A stretch of 64,000 nucleotides of DNA from Tubulanus polymorphus (lineage: Eukaryota > Animalia > Nemertea): assembly GCF_964204645.1 (NCBI RefSeq), contig NC_134032.1, forward strand, positions 3,806,175 to 3,870,174. Reading direction: 5' to 3'. The position numbers and the translations under genes are program-made. Numbering within the stretch: the first letter of the stretch is position 1; every line of letters begins with the position of its first letter. Positions 50,936 through 63,551 of this stretch are shown here, one piece after another. Under the pieces are notes generated by a model that did no database searches, was not told the DNA's origin, and was given only the letters and a program-made list of their open reading frames with translations.

Positions 50936-52149
50936 CATAAATCACTAGACATCTTTTTGGCACGGTGGTCGGATAACCTAACACTAGTGGTTTGGATCTA
51001 ACGAACCCGGCAGTTGACTAAATGCACACCTAAAGAGCTGTTTGTCTCAAATATGAGTTGCAACATGTGACTGAACTGCATGAATTAACAATTCAACAAT
51101 TTCAGTTAATCAATGATTTTATCAAGTTCGTCGAAATCGAAATGTTTTGCCTTTTAAATTCGAGTTAAGATAATGCAGGAATGTACTCAAGACAATGCGG
51201 GCAACAGTACAATATGCCGTATAGCCCCCCCCCCCCGCCTATGATTAGATAATATTTCGGCAGTTTAATATTAATATTTTTAGCACCTGTTATGCCTAAT
51301 TCTAGTTACACAATGTGTTTGGTTTGAGTCAATTGAATTATGTAAATTTCACGCAATAAATGATTATGAAAATTATGAAAATGAATGAGTTTTTAATTCG
51401 CTCCAGGTTAACAATGTTTAGAATTCATTTATCGATTGGAAATGAGGAAGTAGCTTCAGTCGAAGCAGTCAGTTGTATCATTTGTTTGTGTTGAAATCGT
51501 TGGAAAGCGATGTTAGAGAATCCATTGAAACAAAAACCATCTGTAGAAAGAGCTTTAGAGATAAACAATTCGAGTTTTCGCTTGATATTTGTTATGTAAG
51601 AATTTGATTTTTTTCTATAAGGCTTATTCGGTGGAACTGGGATCAGTGAGGTGAATGTTTATCAAGCTCCAGAACGGAACATGCTGAGAACAATAGCCCA
51701 AAATTTTATTCAACGGCAGCACATCATTCGTTAAGTCCGAAGAGGACGGCATCGATAACAGGTTTCTAATAAAATACAAGAATAAAATTTCTCATAAGGC
51801 CTTCCCAAATAAAAAGGGAATTTCTTTTTAGTTCCCTTTTTAGTCCTTATTCCTGCAATATGAATATAAACGCAGAATACACTTCTCCATAGCCAAAAAC
51901 AACTGATTCGCGTCGACTATACAGTAAAAATGACATTTATTAGTTCACATAAAACAGAATCTTACATACAAAATCAAGAGCTTTGAGTCCTGAGACTCAA
52001 TCAATCGGGTTACATGATTCCAGTTTTGTAGTTAATACAAGACATTGAGTCTCAGGACGCATTTTCAAAAATTAGTTTGAGGTATCATTTGTATCGGGTC
52101 TTAAAACATGCATTTTAGGAATTGCAATATTGATATGATAAGGAATTAG

Positions 52150-52750
52150 AATCGAGTCTTGAGACTCATTTTTTGTATCTACATTTCTAAATTGCGTCCT
52201 AGGACTCATTCATCGTTAGAGTCGAGTCTTGAGATTCATTTTACTAAATTGCGTCCTAGGACTCATTCTAAAACGTTCACTGGTTTGAATCGTTATATTC
52301 GAGTCTTGAGACTCATTTTAGTATCTGCTTTTCTAAATTGCGTCCTAGGACTCATTCATCGTTAGATCCGAGTCTTAAGACTCATTTTAGTATCTGCTTT
52401 TCTAAATTGCGTCCTAGGACTCATTCATCTATTGATTCGAGTCTTAAGACTCATTTCAGTATCTGCTTTGCTAAATTGCGTCCTAGGACTCATTCATCGT
52501 TAGATCCGAGTCTTAAGACTCATTTTAGTATCCTCTTTTCTAAATTGCGTCCTAGGGCTCATTCATCGTTAGATTCGAGTATTGAGACTCATTTTAGATC
52601 TGATTTACTAAATTGCGTCCTAGGACTCATTCATCGTTAGATGCGAGTCTTGAGACTCATTTTACTAAATTGCGTCCTACGACTCTAACGTTCTAAAACG
52701 ATCACTTAATGAATCATTCGATTCCAGTATTGAAACTCATTTTAGTATTT
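52150..52750 (+). repeat. ~69-bp tandem repeat (~8 units; CTAAATTGCGTCCTAGGACTCATTCATCGTTAGA...)
   Basis: Direct tandem units, which generate the RPRTHSS pseudo-ORFs. Confidence 0.9.
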
Positions 52751-53459
52751 GCTGCACCAGATTTCAGAACGCATTTTAAAACGTTCATTCAAGATTAGTA
52801 ATTTTGATAGGAGGATTTGAGTCCTCAGCTCATTTGAGCCGCGGATGAAAAAACAGTTGAAAAAGCCACCATGGTTTATGGAATACATGTATGATAGATA
52901 ATCAGGCTTAATAGATACTTTTAAAACTAAGAATTGGATATCCAAAAACAGCAGATCTTCTGGTGAAAGTACTTTACAAACTTCTATACGACAATAATGC
53001 TAATCGTGGGCTAAGTCTATCATAAGCTAACAAAGGAAACCATCATGGGTCGTTATCGGAAAAGGACAATATTCACACACACACAGAATTGCAATCTACA
53101 CTCAAAAATCGATAAGGGATTAAAATTAAAGAAAAACATTACGGACAAGCCCATTGTAAGTAAACTACCCAAATCCAAATACAGAAACAATTCAATCAAG
53201 CGCACATAATTAAACAAAAATGAATGAGACATTGATGTGCTCCTTATACAGTAAACCTTGTGTATTACGATTCCAGAAAATATATATGTGTGTCATATCC
53301 AAATTACGGTGTACGGATTTACCGATGAAGTTTCAATGCTAGTGTGGCGAAAATTGTCAATATCTGGGGTGGGTTTGACCACAAAATGTCGGTCTTTAGT
53401 GAAATTATATTATGTATTTCGGAATGGCCTTAAGCCGTTCTTTTCTCATTGTTTCTTTT

Positions 53460-55361
53460 TAGATGTACGTATTCCGGGACGGGGCTGGGTGTTCTGCGGC
53501 GATGTTTCGGGCCCCCTCGGTGTTGGCCACTCCACATCGCGGTGACATTAGCGATTTTTCGGCGCCTGTCCAGGCCATTCTTTTATCCTCCACCTACCTA
53601 TTAGTGTGTGTTCTCCTTTTTATATTCGAGACCCAACTTTTTTGATTTTGGGCCGTTTTGGTTCCGTCTCGTCGCCGGAGAATTCTCCAGCCCTGCTCGT
53701 GTTTACGCTCGTTTTTACGACGCCGTTCGCTGGCGCCGCCTCACTTCCGTGTGAGCGTTTTCGCGGTGGTGCGGTTAACTCCGGTTAATTTTTTAGTAAA
53801 TATCTCCGTATCGGTCTTATAGTCGTCATTTTTTCGCGTTAATCTTAAAATATTATAGAACTTAATTCTATTTCTCGCGTATGAAGTCTTTATTTAGGGT
53901 TTTATCATTCGTCACGGTCGAATGATTTCGCGTGCTCTACTTTGTCCGCGGATCGTATCACTGCTCGTCACGCTTGACCAATCACCGCGTGCGTTGACCG
54001 CATGAAAACTATAAATTTGGCGCAATCGCGCTCATTGGCAACTTGGCTCTGGCAGAGCCACATTAGAAACTCTTCTTGCTGCCTCTTCACCGTTTTACGA
54101 ATCGGACGCTGTAATTCGTACAGATCATGTAAGAAGACAATTTTACTCTCTAATTAAGACACGGGCCTCCGGGTCGTCTGACCCCGGGATCGCTGCAGTG
54201 GTTTTTGACATCCCGCCCTCAGTGAGTCCCGAGTGCCGACGCACCCGGGGGTCGTGTAGTCGTCGGCCATGGGCTGCCGATAAACTCGTCACTTACAATC
54301 CTGTAAATATTGTAAATTCTCCGTCAGTTCATCGTCTGTTTAAATTCAATCCTCTAACGATGCCGACTTAACGCTCTCGTCGCTGTAATTAGTAATAGTA
54401 ATAATAATAGTATGGTAGGCCTATATCTTCTGTGCTATTTCCGTAATTTTACTCCGAGATGTCGTTTCTGCTGACCATGAAAATCACCTGTATTCAGTAA
54501 CTCCTTTTTCGAACGAACGCGCGGTCGTTTCATCTTCTTGACGTCGCCTCTTAATTTCGACTCTTTGAGTTCGCGTCACCGACATTTTGAATTTGGCGCG
54601 CAGTCGTTGATTAACGACAACGCTCGTCGTTAACTATTTGACGCTCCGTCGTATAATTCTTATCGTTGATTGAAGACAACGCTCGTCGTTAACTATTTGA
54701 CGCTCCGTCGTATAATTCTTATCGTTGATTGAAGACAACGCTCGTCGTTAACTATTTGACGCTCCGTCGTATAATTCTTATCGTTGATTGAAGACAACGC
54801 TCGTCGTTAACTATTTGACGCTCCGTCGTATAATTCTTATCGTTGATTGAAGACACGCTCGTCGTTAACTATTTGACGCTCCGTCGTATAATTCTTATCG
54901 TTGATTGAAGACAACGCTCGTCGTTAACTATTTGACGCTCCGTCGTATAATTCTTATCGTTGATTAACGACAACGCTCGTCGTTAACTATTTGACGCTCC
55001 GTCGTATAATTCTTATCGTTGATTGAAGACAACGCTCGTCGTTAACTATTTGACGCTCCGTCGTATAATTCTTATCGTTGATTAACGACAACGCTCGTCG
55101 TTAACTACTTGACGCTCCGTCGTTAACATCTTAATCGTTGATTAGCTTCGACGCTCGTTTACTGAGACCTAAGTTATATTAGATACACACCGGAGTCCGC
55201 CGCGCCACCGCTTCTATTCGACGTTCGGTCGTCTCCTTTGTATGTTACCGTACATTGACTGTACCAAGGCTTTGCAAGCCATGAAGGGCACATTCTTTTT
55301 ATATATCGAAATGTAAATAATCAAGGTGTTTTGCGTGTGGACATGATGTCCCCTTGGCATC
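53460..55361 (+). mobile_element. Possible solo LTR / non-coding retroelement segment
   Basis: CpG-rich non-coding block with CCAAT...TATAAAT (~53978-54015), internal tandem repeats and a GTAAATAA...CA end. No target-site duplication found. Confidence 0.35.
54605..55145 (+). repeat. 59-bp tandem repeat x~9, nearly perfect
   Basis: GTTGATTGAAGACAACGCTCGTCGTTAACTATTTGACGCTCCGTCGTATAATTCTTATC repeated. Confidence 0.95.
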
Positions 55362-57559
55362 AAGAACGATGAACTTTGTATTATAAGAAAATATATATAT
55401 TTAATAATTCGTACTACATTCCAATGAAACTTCGAATCTTGCGTTTATTTGATTCGCCGGCACTGGAAGGAAGGACGAGGATTTCTGTTGTTTTCCTGCT
55501 GCATCGAACCCATTTAGTTCTACGTGAGGATCGTTCCCCTATTGACCGTCGCTACGGACAACACTTATGCATACGACTAGTTTGACAGATCTGGCATGAG
55601 TCGCAATTAGCTCCTGAGATGACGGGGGACAGCTATGTGCGAGAGGGCACTTGGAATGGGGGTAGCCATATCCGCCGAGTAATCAACACTGCGAGTTTCG
55701 TCCGAGGAAAGCCCCTAAAGCGGATTACTCTGAGGAGGGCGGGTTGGGGGGTCTGTATTGGCCACACAGATTAAGGCTACGTGGAGTAGGGAGGCGACTG
55801 TTTGGAGGAGAGCGTACTGCTTAAGCGCCCTTTTTAGCGACATTTTTCAATAGAGGAACAGATTCTACATATTTTATACCATTTACTTTCCTGGGGAAGA
55901 CAAGAGTCTCCTTGCCGTATTCACTACCCGAGTGCGGTCGACCCAGGCGGACCCGTGTAGCGAGCGCCCCGGCACAGCAGAGTGACTACGACTACGCTAC
56001 CTATGGACAACAGCAGTCACTACCAGAATTACTATTTTATATGTTTACACTACAACCGCTACAATTGACACCAATCAAATTTTTAAAACTTATCTTCCAG
56101 CGATGTTGCTTTCAATCAATTTTATGTTTTATATGTTATTTATAGTCTTTAAATGGATTCTTTTATAAATATTATTTAAAATACATCGCAGAATAGATTT
56201 TAGATCCTTCCACGCGCGTATCGCGAGACCGCGCGGTGTTGTTTATTTAGAGTATTATGACGTCATAACAACATTCGCGCACCTAGATAGTTCACGTGTT
56301 TGGTGTCAAGGTCGCTGAAAGTTGCGGCTCTGTACCTTCGTGTCTTACAGTGAACGCAGTTGAAATCAGTTTTTATTTTATAACATTGACCGTGGGAATT
56401 AGCTTCTTCAACATCGTTTAAAATGTTACCATTAGTGGCCGCGACTCGTATTACAGGACATGAAACTTTTTAATGAAATGGCGCATCCCTGCTCCTCGTC
56501 ACGAATTCAGTATAATATTCTTTATCAATACATGTACTACGCGCGTAGGAAAGATGACCAAAAGAACACATTCTAACAAAATAATCTAATGCAAGATTAC
56601 ATATCGTAGAAATAAACCAAGTTCAGGTTTCCGGGGTAGCTCTATTTAACTGATTCGTTAAGTTTTTGATTAAATTAGTAAGTTAAAAATTGATCACATT
56701 TTGCAATCGTAAGATGCTCTCTACAATAACGAGGAAAGAGATTGATTCCGGGGTAGCTCAAACGAATTAACGCTGTAATTTCCATTTTATTTCACAAGAC
56801 AGCGTGGGTATAAAAATGTTTAAGCACAAACCGTGTCACAAAAAAAATTCGACGACTTTATTATGAGGGAACATGAAAAAATCGAGAAAAGCAATAGAAG
56901 ATTTGACAAGACAATGAAAAGAAGAGGAGGCAGAGAATTTAGGGGAAGTTTGGGGATTCTTGTTTCAAGGTCTGGACACGCAGGAGCCGTGGCAACCCGA
57001 TCAGATGTACGTGTGACGTGTCTCTGGCTCGTCACTCCCGCCAGTATAAAATGACCGCACGCACGACGTCGGTTCATCTTCGTTCGCCGGACATTAAGGC
57101 GGAGCTTCTGTTTTTGCGGCAAGAATCTGGACATAAAACCGTATGTTTAACCTTAAAAGAAAACTTTCGCTTATTGACAAACTTAGCAAACAAATATCAT
57201 TGGATTATGACGGGTTAGTGTAAAAAATCAGATAATATTCGTTTTTGACGACATCTACACTTTCTAACTTCTAGCTGCATAAGGATCGCAACAACTCATT
57301 CATGGAAAATTATATGTTTTCAGAAATCCACTTCTATTTTTTGCAAATTCCATACTAAATCTTATTATCTCCCATATAATGATCCATTTACGCAGTACAT
57401 GAAAAAAATCTGTATTTCCCGTACAAGCATAGTTTAACAGGTATGCAGAATAACATTTTTCCTTCTGTCTTTACGAGCGTGCAATCGGACTTCTTGGAAT
57501 AATTCATCTGTCCCATTGTGTTGTATAATTTGTATAATATTGCCATCAATCGCTGAGGG

Positions 57560-58530
57560 TTCGATTATCTTTTTCGAACCAATTACATTGAAGCGCATTA
57601 CTCAAAAATTTCATGTCATTTAACTAACCAATAGTTGCACGTGTTTCTAAATTTTGCAAAAGAAAATTATATTTTTCTATAAGTGATATTCCCCGGGCTA
57701 CCAGTCAATGGATGCACTGTATTGACGCGAAGAAACATGGTCCAGAAATAAATCTAAACTTTATCCTAAACGCATGAAACAGATTTTTAAAATATCAAAA
57801 GCTAACATGTAAAAGGCTACCCGTATGAAAGTGGTAAGAAAAATAAATTCAAAAAGAAAGAATGCGTGTGTCAGTGAGACGTTATTTATAGTATTACTGT
57901 TTCAGTCCCCTCGCCGTTACGTATCTCCTGCAGTGAAATATAACCCGGTTCACATATTCGGACACTGTGATATCGTCCAGTTTCAAAACGAAGATGGCGG
58001 AACCCAAGGCGTAATTCGGAGAATTCGCGGCGATTTGTGAAGTTGTTGGCAACAACATAATTTTCTTAGCGCGTGATTTAAAGCGTGATTTAAATAGTTT
58101 GTAGGATTGGTCTTTTGGGTTTTTTTTGTTTGAGTCGTTGATTTCTTTGAGCCATATGGATGAATAAAGGGCTTTCATTTTAGATTGCGGTAGATTAATT
58201 AATTTGTTGAGATGGTTTAACCCGATTGAACCAAACACCTGAGAGGTCGAGGCATTCTAGAAGTAAGTGGAGACTTGTGCACCAGTTCAGGGTAGAGTGC
58301 ATAGGCATTAGGTTTTCAGGATATGCTTTATGTACCATAGTCGAACTGTCTATTTTAGAGATGCGCAGCCAGTATTTGACCATAGTGGCAAGAAGGTTAT
58401 AAGTAGAGGGAACTGTCCCAGATCACCGCGAACAGCTGCATTAACAGAGCGTTTTTTTACCCCGAGTAGAGACTTGCCAAATTTGATGAACGATTTTCGC
58501 AGGGTAGATAGTTTCATGATATTGTAAAAG
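57560..58530 (-). mobile_element. Decayed LINE ORF2 C-terminal region (L2/CR1 group)
   Basis: KFGKSLLGVKKRSVNAAVRGDLGQFPL...VKYWLRI, with frameshifts downstream. Confidence 0.75.
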
Positions 58531-58889
58531 TGAGATGGGTATATTACACAGGGGATTGGTTACAGCCATACATTACTTGCCAGATCATTCATTCAATCTA
58601 AATGTCCGAAGCTACGATCAAGTTACCGAACGATGGCAATTCATTCATTATAAAACGGAAACCTATGCAATGTAAGTCAATGGTTATAGCATCTTATAGA
58701 GCCAGTATTCATGTGATGTCATGGTTACAAAAAGGCAGGACCGCGACGAGTGAGGGTTCGGGGTAGCGGACGAACCCCCTGAAATTTTTCAAAATTAACA
58801 TTTATTTTTCATGTTTTTTTTTTCTTTGGAAGATGATAAGCCTTAGCTTTGTTTCTCATCTTCTTCCAACGGACCGAATTTCAGCTATT

Positions 58890-58991
58890 CCGACCGTTCC
58901 AACTATAAGTGGATGATAGATGTGAGTATATTTCGCCAGACCGACCGTTCCAACTATAAGTGGATGATAGATGTGAGTATATTTCGCCAGA
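58890..58991 (+). repeat. 51-bp tandem duplication x2
   Basis: CCGACCGTTCCAACTATAAGTGGATGATAGATGTGAGTATATTTCGCCAGA occurs twice. Confidence 0.9.
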
Positions 58992-59459
58992 TTTCTGATA
59001 TTTTATTCATGCCAAATTGTGTCAACCATAAAGTAACTTTATTTCTCTAACGGAATATAGCTATCATGAATAAGACTGTATTCGTATCAAATTAATTAAA
59101 CAAATATGCGAGAGTGCGTGCAAACAGTATGATACCATCAATCCTACATGGCGAATAGTTTGACAGTATCTCTAATGAATGGTGAATAGCTATCATCAGT
59201 AAGACTTGTAAATTAGACATTTTGTAACCACACGGATCTCTTTCTCGTGAAATTAATTTATCGATTCATCAGAGAATGCAGCCATTCCATGCAGTGGAGA
59301 CGATCATCCATTAATATTACATGGAAATATGAGGATTAAAATTTGGATGCTAATGTGATTTGCTAGAATTTGATGGCAAACAAGAAATTACAATAGGATA
59401 TAACACTTAGAAGTTTCTAATAGATTTGTAACTCCTAACGTGCTACTTGTTGATCCGAG

Positions 59460-60417
59460 ATGAATTATACTGAGATGCACTTAGTTGGACGACCTTACAG
59501 CAGTTACATCGTTCTAATGGCATTGGTGAACAAGTCTGGCACCTACCGTACAGTTTCATTGGTCATACTGCTTGTCATGTTCTTGTTAGGAGCGTTTGGA
59601 AATTCGGCTACATTCCTGATAATGATAAGTCTCAGATTCCGCAGTTTATCTTACGCTAACTTCCTGATCGCTTTGTCTATCAGTGATTTAGTGTTCTGTG
59701 TCGGTTTTACGCTGATGCCTATTTTACAGTTTGTTCACTTTAGTCTAAATACTGCTCAAATAATCTTGGTAGATTCACTGATCAGTTGTCAAATATACGA
59801 ATTCTTAATAAATTCGATGGGCGCCAATAGTGCCTGGTTAATAGTAGCGATATCTCTAGAACGTGCGGCAGTTGTTCTCTTCCCGTTCACATCTCGTTTG
59901 ATATGTACACCCAGATTCGCCCGATGCGTCATTGCTTTTATGTCCACAATAAATGCATTCGTAATTGGTGTTCATCCAGTAGCAACAATGAAATTTATTT
60001 TTCCTTTCGGATGTTACTACTACTACTAAGTCTTGGGACCAAACCTTACTTTTTATGATATGTGTAATATACGTTTTTCTTGTAACGTTAACTTTCATAA
60101 TAATATCAAATTCTGTCATAATAATTCAGTTATTCAGGGGTTCAAAAATGGTTTCGTCCGATCAGAAAACTACAAAATCAAAACGTACAACAATAATGCT
60201 TCTAACAGTTTCACTCGCATTTGCAACTTTTACACTGCCAAACTCGCTGGTCGTACTTTTACAAATCTCACCGGAACATACAGACTTCCTCATAGATATT
60301 TCCTCCCAGTTCGAATCATGTAATTATGTCATCAATTTCTACATATACCTTTTACTGGGACAAGAAATTCGTGAATATTTCTGTATGAAAATCCGCTGTA
60401 GAAATTCATTAAAATAA
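59460..60417 (+). pseudogene. Intronless class A GPCR with a single frameshift in a (TAC)n tract in ECL2
   Basis: TM1-4 (GAFGN, LSISD, ISLERAAVVLFP) in 59460-60029; TM5-7 (TLP, CNYVINFYIYLLLG) in the +1 frame to 60417. Confidence 0.85.
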
Positions 60418-61871
60418 CCATCCATTTCAAGTTTTGATTTATTCAGCGAAGATAATATAAAGCTTTAAAACAGTTTCATGAATTCATCGTCAAGCTAATA
60501 ATTACTGTACCGACCAACGGCCCCTATATGACCTTATTTCTTATGATACACGCGCGCTCCTCTCTCATTCCATAACCAACCTCCACTTTAATATCGTATA
60601 TTGCCTGCCTATAGTCCGTTCAGTCGGTTTTCCAGAGTCGAAGTGTCAGGTCCGGTATACGGAAGAAATGACCAGAGAAAAAATGTCCCCAGAAAAAATA
60701 ACAATTATAAATATAGCTGCAAAGCAGCGACAACGGGTTTTCTGCAAATCTGCACCATGCCATTCAGGTTGATAAAAATTATTGAAAATTTAAATGCCGA
60801 TACATGAAATATAATGTATTGACAGATTCGAACCTAATATACAACCACTGTGTCAACGTCCAATGTTATTCAGTTTTGAAACCGAACTTACGTGGACGTA
60901 AAATCGATAAATATGAATTGATTAGACCAAGCATTTATTTTGTATCACCACGCTTAAAATAGATCTGTTCTATTAAGAAACCATCTTAAGTATCGGCTGA
61001 CTCAATAGGTGTTCAATACATTTATTGATATAGTAACGTATTAGGATTTAGAATAAGTTTCAAGGAATTAATCTTTTTATTGAAATATTTGAATAAATAC
61101 ATATATTGTATTGTAGATTCAATCGATTGATTATGAATTGCTTTGGTCTGGGTATTGGGCCGATGTTGATTTTGGCTTTTATGGATTACTAATTCTATAC
61201 TGATGAACAATTTAAACCTTGCAACACGTGCGTAAATATCAAAGCTATTCCCCTAGTTAATAAACTGTTAGTCACTGCAAACTATTCCAGTGTTATGTCG
61301 ATTGTGTTAATCGCTTTGCTTGAGTTGAACGATTCAGACCGTATATGATGCAACATCGGTCGAAAAGAGTTGGTGGTGACTGACTGCCCTTGACCATTTA
61401 TCTTCATGTGTTTGACATCAGCATATACCCATGAACCGCAAAATATTCATAGAACATGAAAACCTATATACATGTATACAGTATTCAAACTTTCACTGAT
61501 GTTGGATATTTGAATGAACATTGGCTTATTTCAATATTCTAAAGCACGAAATAATAAGCCCAATCAATAGGCCCTATTCCCATTGGAATAATGCGTTCAG
61601 CTGTACCGTACACTCATTTGTCGTGATTGGAGAAATCGGTATACCAAACCTACGTACAGCAAAATGTACAGGCATACATAATGATTTCTTGTTTTCTTGT
61701 ATACAAGCCGTGATCACATGAACGTTTTGGATCGAGGTTTGACTATAAATGTCAGGTCAGCAGACAAGGCCTGAGCAAAATGTAATCACATGGCTCAATT
61801 AGCCTTTGTGAGGGAAACACGAGCGTATTTTTTCGCCCGATCGCGACGATTAAATTCGCCAGTGAATTCGT

Positions 61872-62068
61872 GGTCCCTGAACTTCGCTGAAAAAGCTGAA
61901 TCAATGAAACGCTGAAACATTGAAATAAAAACGCTGAAATTTCAGGGGATTTCCAAAAAACGCTGAAATCGTGCTAGGTACGGACAATACACGTTATGAA
62001 ACGGGCCGGTGTCCGCTGCCGAGTCCTGAACCGTGTTTTAGTCTCTACCTTCGGTTACAGAGACATGC
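61872..62068 (-). mobile_element. Inverted copy of the 23963-24180 transposon-terminus-like repeat
   Basis: Reverse-complement match ending ...GGTTACAGAGACATGC. Confidence 0.7.
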
Positions 62069-62461
62069 ATGGACAGTATGTGTGGAGTATACTTCTAGAG
62101 GGCCACTTGTTGGACAAATTAATTAGCTTGAAATTCGGATTTTTAATGCATACAGGCAGCATAATGAGGAAAACCCATTCACAAACCGTGCAAGCCAACT
62201 TAAACACTATGCTCAATATTCTCTGCAAGACGCGAAATGTCTTATTTGAACGTTCATGTATAAAACTATAGCAACTTTTCTTTTGTCAACACGTTGATGG
62301 GTGACGGACTATGGTATTCTCTGAAGGAGGTAAATTAAATTAGACAGCTAGTTATATAAATGATGCAGCTTTTGGACAAAAGGGATCTAATTAAATTTCT
62401 TTTTAATTCGCCGTGGAATGGAATGGATTGACGCCAATGGCATGCAGTAGGCCCCTACGTA

Positions 62462-63129
62462 TGGGTCATACTGATTAGCGTCAACCAATTAATATAAATC
62501 GGGCAAACCATTCAACAACTGTGAATAATTTGTTTGCTGTGGTGTGATAATAATTAGTTTTTTTTTGAAGAAATGACATACCAACTGTTAGAAAAATGTA
62601 CCGATTCTTATTTTTAGACTACTACTGAATCTATAAATTGAGGAGTCATAGACAAAGTTGTTTTGCTTAGCTGGAGACACTTCTTGTCAAGTACATCATC
62701 TCGTACTGGGTGTTTTGTAAGTTTAATTTCAGTATTTATTTACTAAGTGCTGTTCCCTCGGACCTCAGTGCTTTCAAACTAGGCCCAACCCATAGGCTAT
62801 ATATAGTCCCGGGTGTATTAGCCACTATTCTTTTATTTCCTACTTAAATGCACCTGTTTCTATTTTTAGACTCAGGCTTAGAATGTGCAAATTTTTTTGT
62901 GAGATACTGAGAAATCAGCTGGCACCAGTAAACTTCAACTGCAAATTTGCAGCAGGATAGCTGAACGACACAATTTAAAACAATAAAATAGCTATTCGAA
63001 TGTTATTTCAATAATAACTTGATTCAACCAGAGGGAAATAAGTCAATTGCGGATGTACAGTACACCCACTTTTCTTCCTTGTTTCCTGGTACCAAATTTT
63101 TAGTCTTAAGCTAATCGATATTCTAAGGT
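62462..63129 (+). repeat. Dispersed ~650 bp repeat, copy 2
   Basis: Matches 22481-23131. Confidence 0.9.
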
Positions 63130-63131
63130 GT

Positions 63132-63320
63132 GAGTAATAGGGGTAATAGGCTTTCAGGCCAAAGGTCGAAGGGTCGAGCTCGTAAAAATGAAAATAACAA
63201 TAATTTCCAGTTGAATTAGTCGCACACACTCCTAATTCAACTGGAAATTATTGTTATTTTCATTTTTTACTCACTCGCCCCTTCAACCTTTAACCTGAAA
63301 GCCTATTACCCATATTACTC
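63132..63320. mobile_element. 189-bp fold-back palindrome (MITE, Kolobok-like GAG...CTC|TTAA)
   Basis: GAGTAATAGGGGTAATAGGCTTTCAGG...CCTGAAAGCCTATTACCCATATTACTC, with a near-perfect inner stem around a ~12-nt loop. TTAA is present on the right only. Confidence 0.8.
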
Positions 63321-63551
63321 TTAAAATATTCATGTAAATGAATAACATTTAAATTGACAGATTATTCAATATAAAAGTGTAAGCTCTTATAGAATAGATA
63401 TATAGATATATTTACAACATTATTTCAATATTTATATTTGTATGAGTTAGATTTTTAAACATTAAAAGTGTTAGTAAAGTGTGATTGAAATAATACATGA
63501 TATAAATCATTGAACTTCTAAAATCAATTTAAAAAAAAATTTAGTATTAAA

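Noticed and set aside
52159-52640. RPRTHSS-repeat ORFs
   Set aside because: By-product of the 69-bp tandem repeat; no splice or start context.
54605-55145. 59-bp array as a CRISPR array
   Set aside because: The whole unit repeats with no variable spacer.
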